From assembly GCA_018649885.1 (NCBI GenBank), contig JABIHA010000023.1, positions 1-48,850 of the forward strand: a stretch of DNA of 48,850 nucleotides, given 5' to 3'. The DNA is from Bacteriovoracaceae bacterium. Lineage in GTDB: Bacteria > Bdellovibrionota > Bacteriovoracia > Bacteriovoracales > Bacteriovoracaceae. The notes under the pieces are model-generated. The model made no database searches. It was not told where the DNA came from and saw nothing but the letters and a program-made list of their open reading frames with translations. Shown here in pieces: positions 36,420-47,710 of this stretch (positions are counted from its first letter, which is position 1; each line of letters starts with the position of its first letter). Both the position numbers and the translations under genes were made by a program.

Positions 36420-37355
36420 ATGAGAATTATTGTTACTTTACTGGCCTCTCTGGGCATTATTACCAGTGCCGCTGCCAAACAAAGAGTTGTACTTATCAGT
36501 GTAGATGGACTCATGGGTACACTAGTAGAAAAAGGTTACACCCCAAATATTAAAGCGGTTGCAGAAAAGGGAAATTACACCTTCCAGGCAAATTCAGTTT
36601 TACCTCCGAAGACTATCCCGGCCCACGCTTCAATGCTAACAGGACTAAAACCTCAAGATCATAAAATGATTAACAATTCCTACAATGGGAAAAGTAAAAT
36701 AGCAGTCAAAACAATATTTGACTTCCTTAAGGCCAAAAACCCTCGTCTCATAACAGCAGCGGTTGTAGGCAAGCTCAAGCTCGCCAATATCCTTTCAAAA
36801 AATGGAAGCGTTGATCACTCTTCAACACCAATCAAAGAGGACAAATACAACCCAAAGAAATGGGGTTCTATTTTGATGAGAATGGCCAACTATCGCCCTT
36901 ACCAAGAGGTGATAAAGGACGCCACGTTGACTATCAAGAGTCACGATCCCGACTTTCTATTTGTACATTTTGCTGATGTAGACTGGATGGGACACTGGTA
37001 TGGGGGATGGGATAAATACCATCAATACATCTATGGATTATTTGTTGATCATGCCATAGGCCAAATAGTCTCGCTTTTAGAGCAAAAAGATCCCAAGATG
37101 CTGGAGACAACAATCATTATTACGGCCGATCACGGCGGTCATGGAAGTGATCACGGCGTTGAAGGGCTGCACGGTGGAAAGATAAATACTTCAAGACCAG
37201 AGCTTTTAAATTATGGTATGTTTCACCCTGAAGACTACCTGATTCCTCTTGTGGCCTATGGCCCAGGATATGTCGGTGGAACTAAAATAAAGAGTCAAAA
37301 ATTTCTAACAGATATCCCAGCGATGATTGCTAAACAATTTGGCTTCACCTGGTAG
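36420..37355 (+). CDS. Exported alkaline-phosphatase-superfamily (NPP-type) phosphodiesterase
   Basis: ISVDG, PPKTIPAHASMLTG, DWMGH, TADHGG. Confidence 0.9.
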   Translation: MRIIVTLLASLGIITSAAAKQRVVLISVDGLMGTLVEKGYTPNIKAVAEKGNYTFQANSVLPPKTIPAHASMLTGLKPQDHKMINNSYNGKSKIAVKTIFDFLKAKNPRLITAAVVGKLKLANILSKNGSVDHSSTPIKEDKYNPKKWGSILMRMANYRPYQEVIKDATLTIKSHDPDFLFVHFADVDWMGHWYGGWDKYHQYIYGLFVDHAIGQIVSLLEQKDPKMLETTIIITADHGGHGSDHGVEGLHGGKINTSRPELLNYGMFHPEDYLIPLVAYGPGYVGGTKIKSQKFLTDIPAMIAKQFGFTW

Positions 37356-37379
37356 AAATATCTAAAAGAGGTCAACAAA

Positions 37380-38444
<1,065 letters not shown>

Positions 38445-38471
38445 TTCTTTTCTGCGACTGGAGTATCTCTT

Positions 38472-39518
38472 TTGTCAGATTATGTATGGGGAAATAATAA
38501 AACCCAGTTTTTTTACGACCTAAGACCTGAAGTTATTTTAGATGCAATCGACCTACTTGGCCTTAAAACCACTGGCCGTTGTCTCCCTTTAAATAGCATG
38601 GAAAACCGTGTCTATGAAATAGAAGTTGACCGGCCCGATTCTGAGATTGGTAGTGAAAGTGATAAATTTGTGGTGGCAAAATTCTATCGCCCTGGAAGAT
38701 GGACCAAAGAGCAAATTTTAGAAGAGCACCAATTTCTCCTAGATTTAAAAGAAGCTGAAATTCCCGTTATTGCTCCTATGGTTTTTGAAGGGGAAACTCT
38801 TTTCGAACTTAAAGAGCAAAACTTATTCTATACTCTCTTCCCCCGAAAAGGCGGACGAGTCCCTCAAGAAATGAATACCGAGCAGCTTCAAATAATGGGT
38901 AGACTTCTTGCCCGTATCCACAATATTGGAGCTATCAAAAACTCAAATCATAGAATTAAAATCTCACCAGTTAGTTTTGGAGAGATGAATCTCAATTTTC
39001 TGTTGGAGGGTAAATTTCTTCCTCCCCATTTAGAGTCATCCTATAAAGAGGTTATTACCTCAATATGTAATTCAAGCCTCCCACTCTTTGAAGGCATTAA
39101 ATCCCACAGGATCCACGGTGACTGCCACTGGGGTAATATCATTTGGAGAGAGGAAGAAGGCCCATTTTTCATCGATTTTGATGACATGCTAGTGGGACCT
39201 GCCATTCAAGATATTTGGCTTGTAGTTCCAGGAACTGATCATTACGGCATTGAAGATCGAAGGGTATTAATTGAGGCTTATGATAGTATGAGGTCATTTG
39301 ATCACAGAGAACTCAAACTAGTTGAGCCACTCAGAGCACTGAGATTTATTCATTTTGCTGCTTGGACTGCAAAGAGATGGGAAGACCCTAGTTTTAAAAA
39401 AGCTTTTGTAAATTTTGGCACTGAAGGCCATTGGCAGGGTTTACTTAATGATCTTAAATATCAGCTCGCCCTAATTCAGAATTCTTCTACCCCCGACTCA
39501 AACCCTTATCAGTATTAA
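38472..39518 (+). CDS. srkA: Ser/Thr kinase SrkA/RdoA (YihE)
   Basis: LNSMENRVY, KFYRPGRW, HGDCHWGN, DFDD, QDIW, RWEDPSF. Confidence 0.92.
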   Translation: MSDYVWGNNKTQFFYDLRPEVILDAIDLLGLKTTGRCLPLNSMENRVYEIEVDRPDSEIGSESDKFVVAKFYRPGRWTKEQILEEHQFLLDLKEAEIPVIAPMVFEGETLFELKEQNLFYTLFPRKGGRVPQEMNTEQLQIMGRLLARIHNIGAIKNSNHRIKISPVSFGEMNLNFLLEGKFLPPHLESSYKEVITSICNSSLPLFEGIKSHRIHGDCHWGNIIWREEEGPFFIDFDDMLVGPAIQDIWLVVPGTDHYGIEDRRVLIEAYDSMRSFDHRELKLVEPLRALRFIHFAAWTAKRWEDPSFKKAFVNFGTEGHWQGLLNDLKYQLALIQNSSTPDSNPYQY

Positions 39519-40371
39519 AAAAATTCATCATCTTAGTAATAGTCTGTTCATCACGTAATATTTTAAAATGGCCGAGTCCTTGGCTTTTATAGAGCTCACT
39601 ATTTTCATTTTGAGCAGCAATGGCCTCTGCTGATTCAAAGGGCACCCACTTGTCATCACTATCATGAACTATTAAAAATTCTGTATCTGAATTGCTCACT
39701 GCCTTTTCTACGGAAACCTCACTGAGTTTTCTTCCTAGCTTTTTCTCAATTTGATCAATCAAAGTCGTTTCAATTTTTTTAGATAGACCGATAGAGCTAG
39801 AAAATGCCTTGAGGATATTTTCAAATTTATTGGGAGAGCCCATAGTCACTATTTTCTGAGGATTAAAATCCCTAGTTTCACTGGCCAGTCCTAGTGCGAC
39901 CCCACCCATTGAATGTCCTATGCCATAATCGAACGGCCCAAATTTTTCGTTTAGTTTTCTAATTATATCTACAAATTCAAATACATTTGATGAGTTTCCC
40001 GAAGAACCTCCGTGGCCTGGCCCATCAAAGGCCCAAACTTCATGACCACTTTCAATAAGAGGCTCGATCAGTTTGAAAAAATCACTGGCCTGCCCCTCCC
40101 AACCATGGACTAGAAGAGTTCTCTTTCCCTGTCCAAATTGATAAAGGGCCAGCTCTTGTCCATCTAAAGTATATTTAAGTGGGTCTTTAGTTGAGAATGG
40201 ACTTCTCTGTCTTACTTTATTAAATCTAGTTTTAGTAAAAAAATAGATAGCAAGCTTTGAGCTAAGCTCGGGTGAAAAGAACCCAATGGAATTAAGACCT
40301 TTTCCAAAGGCCTTCTTTTGTAGTTCAAAGACTTGGTTTTTCAAAATTCTAATATCAAATCTTTTGCTCAA
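39487..40371 (-). CDS. Alpha/beta hydrolase
   Basis: VHGWEG, GHSMG, HDSDD, GLGH. Confidence 0.92.
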   Translation of the reverse strand: MSKRFDIRILKNQVFELQKKAFGKGLNSIGFFSPELSSKLAIYFFTKTRFNKVRQRSPFSTKDPLKYTLDGQELALYQFGQGKRTLLVHGWEGQASDFFKLIEPLIESGHEVWAFDGPGHGGSSGNSSNVFEFVDIIRKLNEKFGPFDYGIGHSMGGVALGLASETRDFNPQKIVTMGSPNKFENILKAFSSSIGLSKKIETTLIDQIEKKLGRKLSEVSVEKAVSNSDTEFLIVHDSDDKWVPFESAEAIAAQNENSELYKSQGLGHFKILRDEQTITKMMNFFNTDKGLSRG

Positions 40372-40955
40372 GATTGTCCTCCCTTAACTGAAAGGGTATT
40401 TTTCATAGAGGTTTCAAACCTCGAAAGGGCCGACTTGTCTCTCATCACTTTTTGGTACAAATGATATGAGAGAATGTGGCCAAATATTTCTTGTGCCATT
40501 TGGTCCGGATCATTTTCACTGGGAATATCACCTGCCTCAACTGCTACCTGACAGGCACGAGACAGTGTCATGTGCAATTTTTTTAAATTTTCTTCTACCT
40601 TGATTTTTACCTTACCAGGCCTATCATCAAACTCAATGGCAGCGGCTATAAGAGGACAAGATCCATTGTCCGTAGTCCACTTGACCCAGCCATCCATGAT
40701 CGCCATAAGTCTGCCGATCCCCCTTGGCAATTTGATCGCGGGGGCCACAATTTCAGTGGTAAAGGTTTTATCTGTATAATCGAGAATCATAATTTGAAGC
40801 ATTTCTTTGGAATGAAAGTGTGCAAAGAGCCCAGACTTACTCATACCCACTTTCTTGGCCAAGCTTCCAATTGTAAGGGACTCAAGCCCAACTGTTCTGG
40901 CCAGTTGAAAGGCGGTGTCTAAAATATGAAGTTTTGTTTTATTCATCTTTTCCAT
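40368..40955 (-). CDS. TetR/AcrR family regulator
   Basis: LTIGSLAKKVGMSKSGLFAHFHSKE; EFDDRPG. Confidence 0.95.
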   Translation of the reverse strand: MEKMNKTKLHILDTAFQLARTVGLESLTIGSLAKKVGMSKSGLFAHFHSKEMLQIMILDYTDKTFTTEIVAPAIKLPRGIGRLMAIMDGWVKWTTDNGSCPLIAAAIEFDDRPGKVKIKVEENLKKLHMTLSRACQVAVEAGDIPSENDPDQMAQEIFGHILSYHLYQKVMRDKSALSRFETSMKNTLSVKGGQS

Positions 40956-40967
40956 GGAGACAACGTA

Positions 40968-40979
40968 GCACGATCGTTC
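40968..40979. promoter_or_regulatory. Candidate TetR operator
   Basis: gcacgatcgttc, a 12-bp palindrome with one mismatch, 12 bp upstream of the tetR start. Confidence 0.55.
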
Positions 40980-41135
40980 GTTTTTATCAATATAGGTATA
41001 TATTTGAAATTACAGGGGCATTCTAGATAAATCTTCTCCACATAGTAACATTGTCTAACAAGGACTTATTATTTCGTTAACCATGTGGACAGACTGAGTC
41101 GACTCTCCATAACATCTCCTAACGGAGATATAATT

Positions 41136-41753
41136 ATGATCATTAAGCTATTAGTTCTTTTACTAGGGTCTCAGCTCACAACCTCTTGGGCCGCATCTGA
41201 GCTCTATGACAAGCTCTTAACCCCTACCCAGTGCTCGGGTCTTGCTCGTGACCAAGTAGATGCAAAGTTAGCTGATCTTGATCTCAGGCTCAAGAATCAT
41301 AGAATTGAAACCACCATGAGAAAGCATTGGTATCAAAAATTCGAAAAAGACCTCGATTACTATGCCAAACGCCCCGTCCCTTCAAAAAAGGACTATAAGC
41401 ACCTTGCTCAGAGGATGCGCAGAAAACAGTGGAAGGCCATAAAGGATACACTTACTGCAAGACACTTTGATAAGAGCATCAATTTTCTCTCCACCACATG
41501 TGTAGTCAGCACAGACTGTGAACTCTCACCTGAGCATCTCGAAAAGCACTACCAGTTAGTGAAAGTAAAAAATGGCAAAACCTATGATGAATACCGTGTT
41601 AACTGGGATAAATGGTGGACTGTACTAACTGACTATCATGAAAAATATTTAACTAAGATTCTCTCAAACTACGGCACCACTATTGATATATTGGCCTACA
41701 GAGAGAAAGTTTTGAAGAAGTCTCAAACAATTCTTTTAGGCTGCCAGATTTAG
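41136..41753 (+). CDS. Exported helical hypothetical protein
   Basis: Start MIIKLL with GGAG RBS; signal peptide; four Cys. Confidence 0.75.
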   Translation: MIIKLLVLLLGSQLTTSWAASELYDKLLTPTQCSGLARDQVDAKLADLDLRLKNHRIETTMRKHWYQKFEKDLDYYAKRPVPSKKDYKHLAQRMRRKQWKAIKDTLTARHFDKSINFLSTTCVVSTDCELSPEHLEKHYQLVKVKNGKTYDEYRVNWDKWWTVLTDYHEKYLTKILSNYGTTIDILAYREKVLKKSQTILLGCQI

Positions 41754-41839
41754 CACAACATTCCACGCTGCTTCGCCAAATTGAAATCCACTCAATATTA
41801 AGATAGCCTCTTCGTTTTGGGCCACCACAGGGGATTTTC

Positions 41840-42598
41840 ATGAAAGGCACTCATTTTGTTAAGCCACTAGAGCTATCAATCGAAATCGATTCAGAGAGCT
41901 GGCACCAAGGCGAAAGCGTCACTACAAATTTAAAAATAACAAACCACTCGGCTGAGGATATTTCTCTAGAAAATTTTGGTATGAGCATAGTATATGCTGA
42001 TATCAAGAAACTAAAATCCAAAACAGTTGGTGCTTTTACCACTCTAGAAAAGAAATGTTTTGAAGCAAGCTCTCACGTCAGTTCAAAAGGCCAAATCGAG
42101 CTTGCCCATACATTTCAGCTTGAGGGAGACTGTCCTATTACCCAAAAATCAGCAAGCCCTTATATGCTCTACGGAAATTTAGAAGACCAGCACAGTTGTG
42201 GAATGCTTCAATTGAATGTCATTCCCCAAAAAATATTCTTAGATTTTATTGAAATATTTGAAAACTTCTACAGATTTAAATCAAAAGATAAGAAATCAAA
42301 AAATGGCATGGTAGACATAAAGTTTGTCCCTCCTGGCTCCAATGAGTTTGCCAAGGTAGAGTCTCTCAATCTCCAAACAAAAATTGAAGGGGATCAACTC
42401 AAATTAAAATATATGTTCAAAATTCAAGATATTGATCTCTCCTCTGGGACCATGGGGCTAGCAAAGAAAAAACGAGATTTTGAACAGGCCTTAACTCCCA
42501 AGCAATACTTACTCTACAAGGACTCTCCCAACTTAGATGGTATACGGGCCGCTATAGATGAAATATTAGATAAGGTTAGGACAAAAACACTTTTATAA
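41840..42598 (+). CDS. Hypothetical protein, possibly SpoOM/arrestin-like beta-sandwich
   Basis: LSIEIDSESWHQGESVTTNLKI N-terminal pattern; family call tentative. Confidence 0.6.
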   Translation: MKGTHFVKPLELSIEIDSESWHQGESVTTNLKITNHSAEDISLENFGMSIVYADIKKLKSKTVGAFTTLEKKCFEASSHVSSKGQIELAHTFQLEGDCPITQKSASPYMLYGNLEDQHSCGMLQLNVIPQKIFLDFIEIFENFYRFKSKDKKSKNGMVDIKFVPPGSNEFAKVESLNLQTKIEGDQLKLKYMFKIQDIDLSSGTMGLAKKKRDFEQALTPKQYLLYKDSPNLDGIRAAIDEILDKVRTKTLL

Positions 42599-42606
42599 AA
42601 GAGGTT

Positions 42607-43107
42607 TTGATGAAGACACTAGTTATACTATTCAATATTTTTCTTATAGGTAATCTATGGAGCGCTGAGCACTACGATGTCACTTGTAATCAAGGAGATT
42701 GTTTTAAACACGGCTGGACTATGACTGCTAGAAAAGGCGGCTACAAACTTTTCAGTAGTTGTAAAAATAGTGATTGCAAAACCTACGGCTGGGAATCCTT
42801 AGATTCTAAGGGGGATAAATTTGAGGTCTACTGCACAGGTAAAAAGTGCTTTGAGAAAGGCTGGAGCTCATTCAATACAATTGGCAAAAAAGTTTATAAG
42901 GACAAGGCCACATGTCGACATAAAAACTGCCTCAAGTATGGCTGGACTGTAAAAACTGGCTACGACAAAATGGGCGGTAATGTCACTTGTGGCAATTATG
43001 ATTGTTCTAAATATGGCGGAGTCGCTTTTTGGAGAGGCCGAGCTTCTAAAACCACCTGCACCCTTCAAAGCTGTTATACCAAAGGCTGGACTCTCACGAT
43101 TTATTAG
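42607..43107 (+). CDS. Secreted Cys-rich repeat protein
   Basis: Six C-x4-C-x3-G(W/G) units; signal peptide. Confidence 0.85.
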   Translation: MMKTLVILFNIFLIGNLWSAEHYDVTCNQGDCFKHGWTMTARKGGYKLFSSCKNSDCKTYGWESLDSKGDKFEVYCTGKKCFEKGWSSFNTIGKKVYKDKATCRHKNCLKYGWTVKTGYDKMGGNVTCGNYDCSKYGGVAFWRGRASKTTCTLQSCYTKGWTLTIY

Positions 43108-43153
43108 CCCTGACTTTTAGTGGTGCTGATAGAATTAAAAAGCTGGAAAATGA

Positions 43154-44104
43154 TTAGGTTCCCCAGGCAGGATCATCTTTGAAACTTTCTAGCTGCTCAT
43201 TTCGAAATATCTTCCTGAGTTTTCCAGCAGTTGTAAAATTGTCTTTTAGCCAGTCATATACTTCTTCGTAGTTGATTCCCAGTTTGATTGTACCTTCTTT
43301 GTTTCTTCTAAGTCCTATCATCGAAGCAGAATCTTTTTGAATGAGAAACATTAGATGTCGCCCACTAACAAATGTATTGGCCAAAACAAAATCTTCATCA
43401 AGATCAGGACTTGCTTTGAATTGGAATGTGGCATCTGTCAGAAAGTATTTATGCTTAACAAACGAAAGATCAAATGGAAGCGGTTTTTGAAAAATTCTCT
43501 TTAGCGTTCTTGAGGTGAGAACTTTTAGATAACCCGAGCTTGAATGGATCTGAGAAAGAGCTTGTAGATATTTTCCCTTCTTATCGAATACAACTCTAAC
43601 CGTAACATATCCTTCGATTCCCTTATCGCGAAATATTTTAGGATACTCAACATTGGAGCCAATATATTGATAGAGGTATTGAAAAATACTACCTCCTCCG
43701 TGATCTATTTTACTTGTAGTACCAGTGCCATCACCAAAGACACCGACAAGCTTCGCCGTATCTGGTCTGTTAAATTTATATGCAACTGAGGCTCCAGTGC
43801 CAAGTGATAATTTTTTGAATGAAAGCTTTGTAATTTGAGATTTTGACTCAACCTTTTTTTGGAGTTTGCCTTTCTTTTTTTTTGATTTTATAGGTTTCAA
43901 GTCTTTGGGTAACGACTTTAGTTTTTGAATATCCATTAACTCTACTAAAACGGGGCTTCTTAAAGGTTTAGAATAATCAGTGGGTCGATAGGTTTTTAGG
44001 TTGGCAATATTCAATAAAGATAACAAGACTCCATGAAAAAGTGCTGAAATCAAAATGCAGATAAAATAAGACTTATTCTTCTTTAAAATTCTAGCTTTCT
44101 CCAT
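43154..44104 (-). CDS. TonB-like energy transducer protein
   Basis: TM with SALFH (SxxxH), basic linker, YPKIFRDKGIEGYVTVRVVFDKKG. Confidence 0.8.
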   Translation of the reverse strand: MEKARILKKNKSYFICILISALFHGVLLSLLNIANLKTYRPTDYSKPLRSPVLVELMDIQKLKSLPKDLKPIKSKKKKGKLQKKVESKSQITKLSFKKLSLGTGASVAYKFNRPDTAKLVGVFGDGTGTTSKIDHGGGSIFQYLYQYIGSNVEYPKIFRDKGIEGYVTVRVVFDKKGKYLQALSQIHSSSGYLKVLTSRTLKRIFQKPLPFDLSFVKHKYFLTDATFQFKASPDLDEDFVLANTFVSGRHLMFLIQKDSASMIGLRRNKEGTIKLGINYEEVYDWLKDNFTTAGKLRKIFRNEQLESFKDDPAWGT

Positions 44105-44418
44105 CTAACTCGGAGGTATATCCTCCAAGTTTCACTGAATTTAATGTATATATTGTTTTATCGCCAGATGCATAGCGCTAAACAGGTAGAACTAAAAAGT
44201 CTCGTGCTTCCTTTTTATTTAAATAATTTTTATGATTTAAATGAAATTGCCTCAAATGTTGGTCTCTTCAATGAGTTTATCTATATAAGGGAGCAATGTT
44301 AAACTGAACTTTGTTTTTGATTTCAATACTTTAGTAAACTGCTGAAATTGTAACTATATTCTTTTTCTACTTTCATACATAATTCCAGCAATGGGGATAC
44401 AAGTTCAGAGGAATTAGT

Positions 44419-45678
44419 ATGAAGGGATTTAGTTTATTCAATACGCTTGTTGCTTTTATAGTTATTGGGTGCTCCACAATTAAGAAGAATACAACCCTTG
44501 ATCATCATAAAATTTCTATAAAAAAAGAAATTGCTATGAGTAAGCAAGAAAAAGAGGCCTACGGTGAAACTTTGACCACGAGTGGTGTTTTACAATATGA
44601 ATGTAAAGGGAATATTCACACGATTAAAGGGCTCAATATTCAAAATAATGGAGCCGTCAAAATTATAGACTGCAATATATTAGATTCTAAGATTAAAGCA
44701 AAAACTCTAAGCATTGTTTACACTGATAATTATATTAAAAAAGGATTAGAAGATATTCATATTAGTAATTCTAGTTTTATGAATGTGGAAAAGCTAACTA
44801 TACAAAGTAACTTTAGTAAAAGTGAATTTAATGGCAGTTTCCTAATAAGTAAGCTCTCAACCAAAAAGATTAGAGAACTTCGTATTGAAAATGTTGATCA
44901 AATAATTAATAGCCAATTTGTGAATGCTAATATTGTCAAAATCAGCTGTCCTGAGAAATTTACCTCACATGGAGATGCTATTATAAACCAAAGCCTATCG
45001 CTTCTTAAAAATAGTGAATTTTCGTCTATTGATAAGCTTGAGATCAATAACTGCCAAGTGGATGGGATTGAGTCCTATTCTGGAAATTTCACTTATCTCC
45101 CAGGTAAGGCCTCATTGAATAATCGAATACTAAGATCAAAAATTTATGCTTCAAAATTTGTAAATTTATCAAAACTTTCAACTCTACAAAATACTTCTAT
45201 CGAAACAAAGAACTTAAATATAAAAGGACTAGAGTCCTATGATTGTATAATCCAAGACTCAAAATTATTGGTGGGAAATCAACTTCAAATTGAATATTCT
45301 AATATTGTTCGCTCAAATCTAAAATCTAAGCAAATCGTCGCACAAGACTTCCATCTTATTAACAACGCAACCATAAATGCCTCGAGTCTTGTGCTAGAAG
45401 GTGAATTGGCAAATATCAAGCAATCTAAGTTTCAAGTAAAACATTCCATACATATTAAAGACGTAGAATCTCTGTCTGAATCAACACTTTTTTCAAAAAA
45501 TATTATAATGATTCAAGATTTTACAAAAATATCCAATGTTGATGCCAGCGCTAGAGTCGTTTTGGTCCAAAATGGAAGAAGTCTAGCAAGCACTAATATA
45601 GACTTTGTGGAAAGGTTAATCATCAAGGAAGTTGAAAAAGAAGAAGAAGTGGCCAAGGACCAAGTCTCAGGTCTGTAA
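44419..45678 (+). CDS. Putative lipoprotein with beta-solenoid repeats
   Basis: Lipobox-like IVIGC; recurrent I-x-N-S-x-(F/I) units; Ile/Ser/Asn/Lys-rich. Confidence 0.75.
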   Translation: MKGFSLFNTLVAFIVIGCSTIKKNTTLDHHKISIKKEIAMSKQEKEAYGETLTTSGVLQYECKGNIHTIKGLNIQNNGAVKIIDCNILDSKIKAKTLSIVYTDNYIKKGLEDIHISNSSFMNVEKLTIQSNFSKSEFNGSFLISKLSTKKIRELRIENVDQIINSQFVNANIVKISCPEKFTSHGDAIINQSLSLLKNSEFSSIDKLEINNCQVDGIESYSGNFTYLPGKASLNNRILRSKIYASKFVNLSKLSTLQNTSIETKNLNIKGLESYDCIIQDSKLLVGNQLQIEYSNIVRSNLKSKQIVAQDFHLINNATINASSLVLEGELANIKQSKFQVKHSIHIKDVESLSESTLFSKNIIMIQDFTKISNVDASARVVLVQNGRSLASTNIDFVERLIIKEVEKEEEVAKDQVSGL

Positions 45679-45837
45679 CTAAGGTCCTGCCATAAAAATC
45701 CCATTGTGACCCTTACAGAATATACTTTGTATTTTAGAGAGCAGGGCGTTGTAAAATTGCTCACACGTTAGCGCCGTAATGCAACGTGTGCGCCAAAGGG
45801 ATTTCAAATATATTTAATCCATAGAAAGGAAAACTTT

Positions 45838-46134
45838 ATGAATGTTATTGTCGATTTTTGTTTGGTTCCTCTAGGTGTAGGAGTATCAGTTTCAAAATAT
45901 GTCATTGAATGTGAAAAGATTTTAAAGCAAAGGGGACTCACTACCTTGCTTCATGGCTATGGAACTAATATTGAAGGTGAATGGGAGTCTGTATTTTCAG
46001 CAATAAAAGAATGTCATAGACGCATTCATGAAATGGGAGCACCAAGGATTACCTCTTCTTTAAGATTTGGCACTCGCACCGATCGGGCACAAACCATTCA
46101 AGATAAAATCACTAGTGTCGAAGAAGGTATGTAG
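45838..46134 (+). CDS. MTH1187/YkoF thiamine-binding family protein
   Basis: SVSKYV, HGYGTNIEGEW, MGAPRI, GTRTDR. Confidence 0.92.
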   Translation: MNVIVDFCLVPLGVGVSVSKYVIECEKILKQRGLTTLLHGYGTNIEGEWESVFSAIKECHRRIHEMGAPRITSSLRFGTRTDRAQTIQDKITSVEEGM

Positions 46135-46148
46135 TAAGGAGAATTATC

Positions 46149-46325
46149 TTGGAATTTGATGCATTCACAATAGTATTTATCACCACTGCAATATTTATAT
46201 TAACTTGTATTTGTATCGCCATTTTTAAATTTGTTAAGCTTATCAAAAACCCGCCCAAGCGAGATCCAAATGCTCAGGCAAGTTCATCATCACATTACAT
46301 TGAAGACAAATCAGATGGATTTTAG
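46149..46325 (+). CDS. 58-aa single-pass membrane protein (absent from ORF track)
   Basis: AAGGAG RBS, TTG start, MEFDAFTIVFITTAIFILTCICIAIFKFVKLIKNPPKRDPNAQASSSSHYIEDKSDGF*. Confidence 0.7.
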   Translation: MEFDAFTIVFITTAIFILTCICIAIFKFVKLIKNPPKRDPNAQASSSSHYIEDKSDGF

Positions 46326-46497
46326 ACTTTTAAGAAGTGACCTTTTGACACCACTTTAGGTAATTTTTTTATGCCGTAATACTTTCAAAATATTCACTAA
46401 AAATGGGTGCATTTCAAAAGTTAACAATGCTCTGACATTACCGACTCCGTTTCCTTGTATTTTAGCTGTGGCTTGTGCAACTTAATACGGAGGACAT

Positions 46498-47709
46498 ATG
46501 AATACTATCCAAACAAATTGGCCCGAATACCAACAAATGATCTATGAGTTTTTAATTTCCCCTTTGACCTTAGTTAAATGGTCATTAACGGGATCAGAAG
46601 AAACAGGATTTTTCATGGCCAAGGTGATGCTACTCACACTACCTTTAATATTTCTAAGTGTGGCAGTTTTTTCGAGCGTATTAAGTGCAGCAACCTTATT
46701 GTTTCGCGGGCAACGCAATCAGTTTATAGGTATTCTTATTATAACCTGGTGGGATGGAGGAAAGGCCGTCATTAACTATTGGGCCGGTTTGGTAAAAAGT
46801 ATCTTTCTCTCAATTGGCTGGTTTGGCGCAGCTATTAGAATGGTGGTTTTTGGGTTGTTTCAAACCTTAAAAGATCTTCTATTTATGCCTATGACACTAA
46901 TGGGAAATGTCTTTAAAGAATATGCAAAACCAGGAATCCCCTGGCTCGCTGTGATGATTACAATTGGATGGATTGCACTAGAGTCAACAATGTTTTCCTA
47001 TATTTTAACGCCTATGGTTGGTGAAATAATGACAGGTCTCACCGGCACTGTAGTCCCTCAATTGATATTAATGCCTGGAATAGCACTTTTTCTTTTTCTA
47101 GTTATCGGGGGAAGCTTTGCATGTATGCACGGTCTTGTTGAAGCAGTGGAGAAAAAACAACCTTTCAATGTGGCAAAAATGCTTTTAATAGAATTCTTTA
47201 TCATGTTTATCGAAGTCATGTTCTTTTATAGAGAGTTTGTAGACTCACTGGCCCCATGGCTTGCTCAAATGAGTAATGAAGCCGTTCAACTGGGCCTAGG
47301 ATCAATCCTAGGAATTGCAACCATGGCCTGGATGGGAATACGTTTTGCAACTTGGTTTTTCTTTGCAAAATTTGGCACCCCTACTCTATTAAGTATTATC
47401 TCTAGAGAAGGAATTTTCAGCAATTCAAAGACATCAAAAGCACAAACCGTTTCAATGCCTCTATCTTGGATCAAACAAATGTTTTCAAGCATTCAAAATG
47501 AAATGAACTGGTTTACAAAAAAGAGTGAGGAGCTAGTCCAAGCACTGATGCTTCCTCCGATTCAAATATTAGCTGTTATGACCAATTTCGTTATGATTCT
47601 TCTAACGGGAAAATATCTATTTAACCTTCCTATTAAAAGTTTAAGTGAACTCAAAGATACTAAAGAAATGACAAATCAAGTAAAAATGTTTCAACAAAGG
47701 GAGGTTTAA
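46498..47709 (+). CDS. Uncharacterised polytopic membrane protein
   Basis: 403 aa, GGAGG RBS, 7 or more hydrophobic segments. Confidence 0.85.
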   Translation: MNTIQTNWPEYQQMIYEFLISPLTLVKWSLTGSEETGFFMAKVMLLTLPLIFLSVAVFSSVLSAATLLFRGQRNQFIGILIITWWDGGKAVINYWAGLVKSIFLSIGWFGAAIRMVVFGLFQTLKDLLFMPMTLMGNVFKEYAKPGIPWLAVMITIGWIALESTMFSYILTPMVGEIMTGLTGTVVPQLILMPGIALFLFLVIGGSFACMHGLVEAVEKKQPFNVAKMLLIEFFIMFIEVMFFYREFVDSLAPWLAQMSNEAVQLGLGSILGIATMAWMGIRFATWFFFAKFGTPTLLSIISREGIFSNSKTSKAQTVSMPLSWIKQMFSSIQNEMNWFTKKSEELVQALMLPPIQILAVMTNFVMILLTGKYLFNLPIKSLSELKDTKEMTNQVKMFQQREV

Positions 47710-47710
47710 A

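Noticed and set aside
45673..45773. Integron attC site after the solenoid lipoprotein
   Set aside because: CTGTAAC does not fit RYYYAAC, the arms pair poorly, and no integrase or second site is seen.
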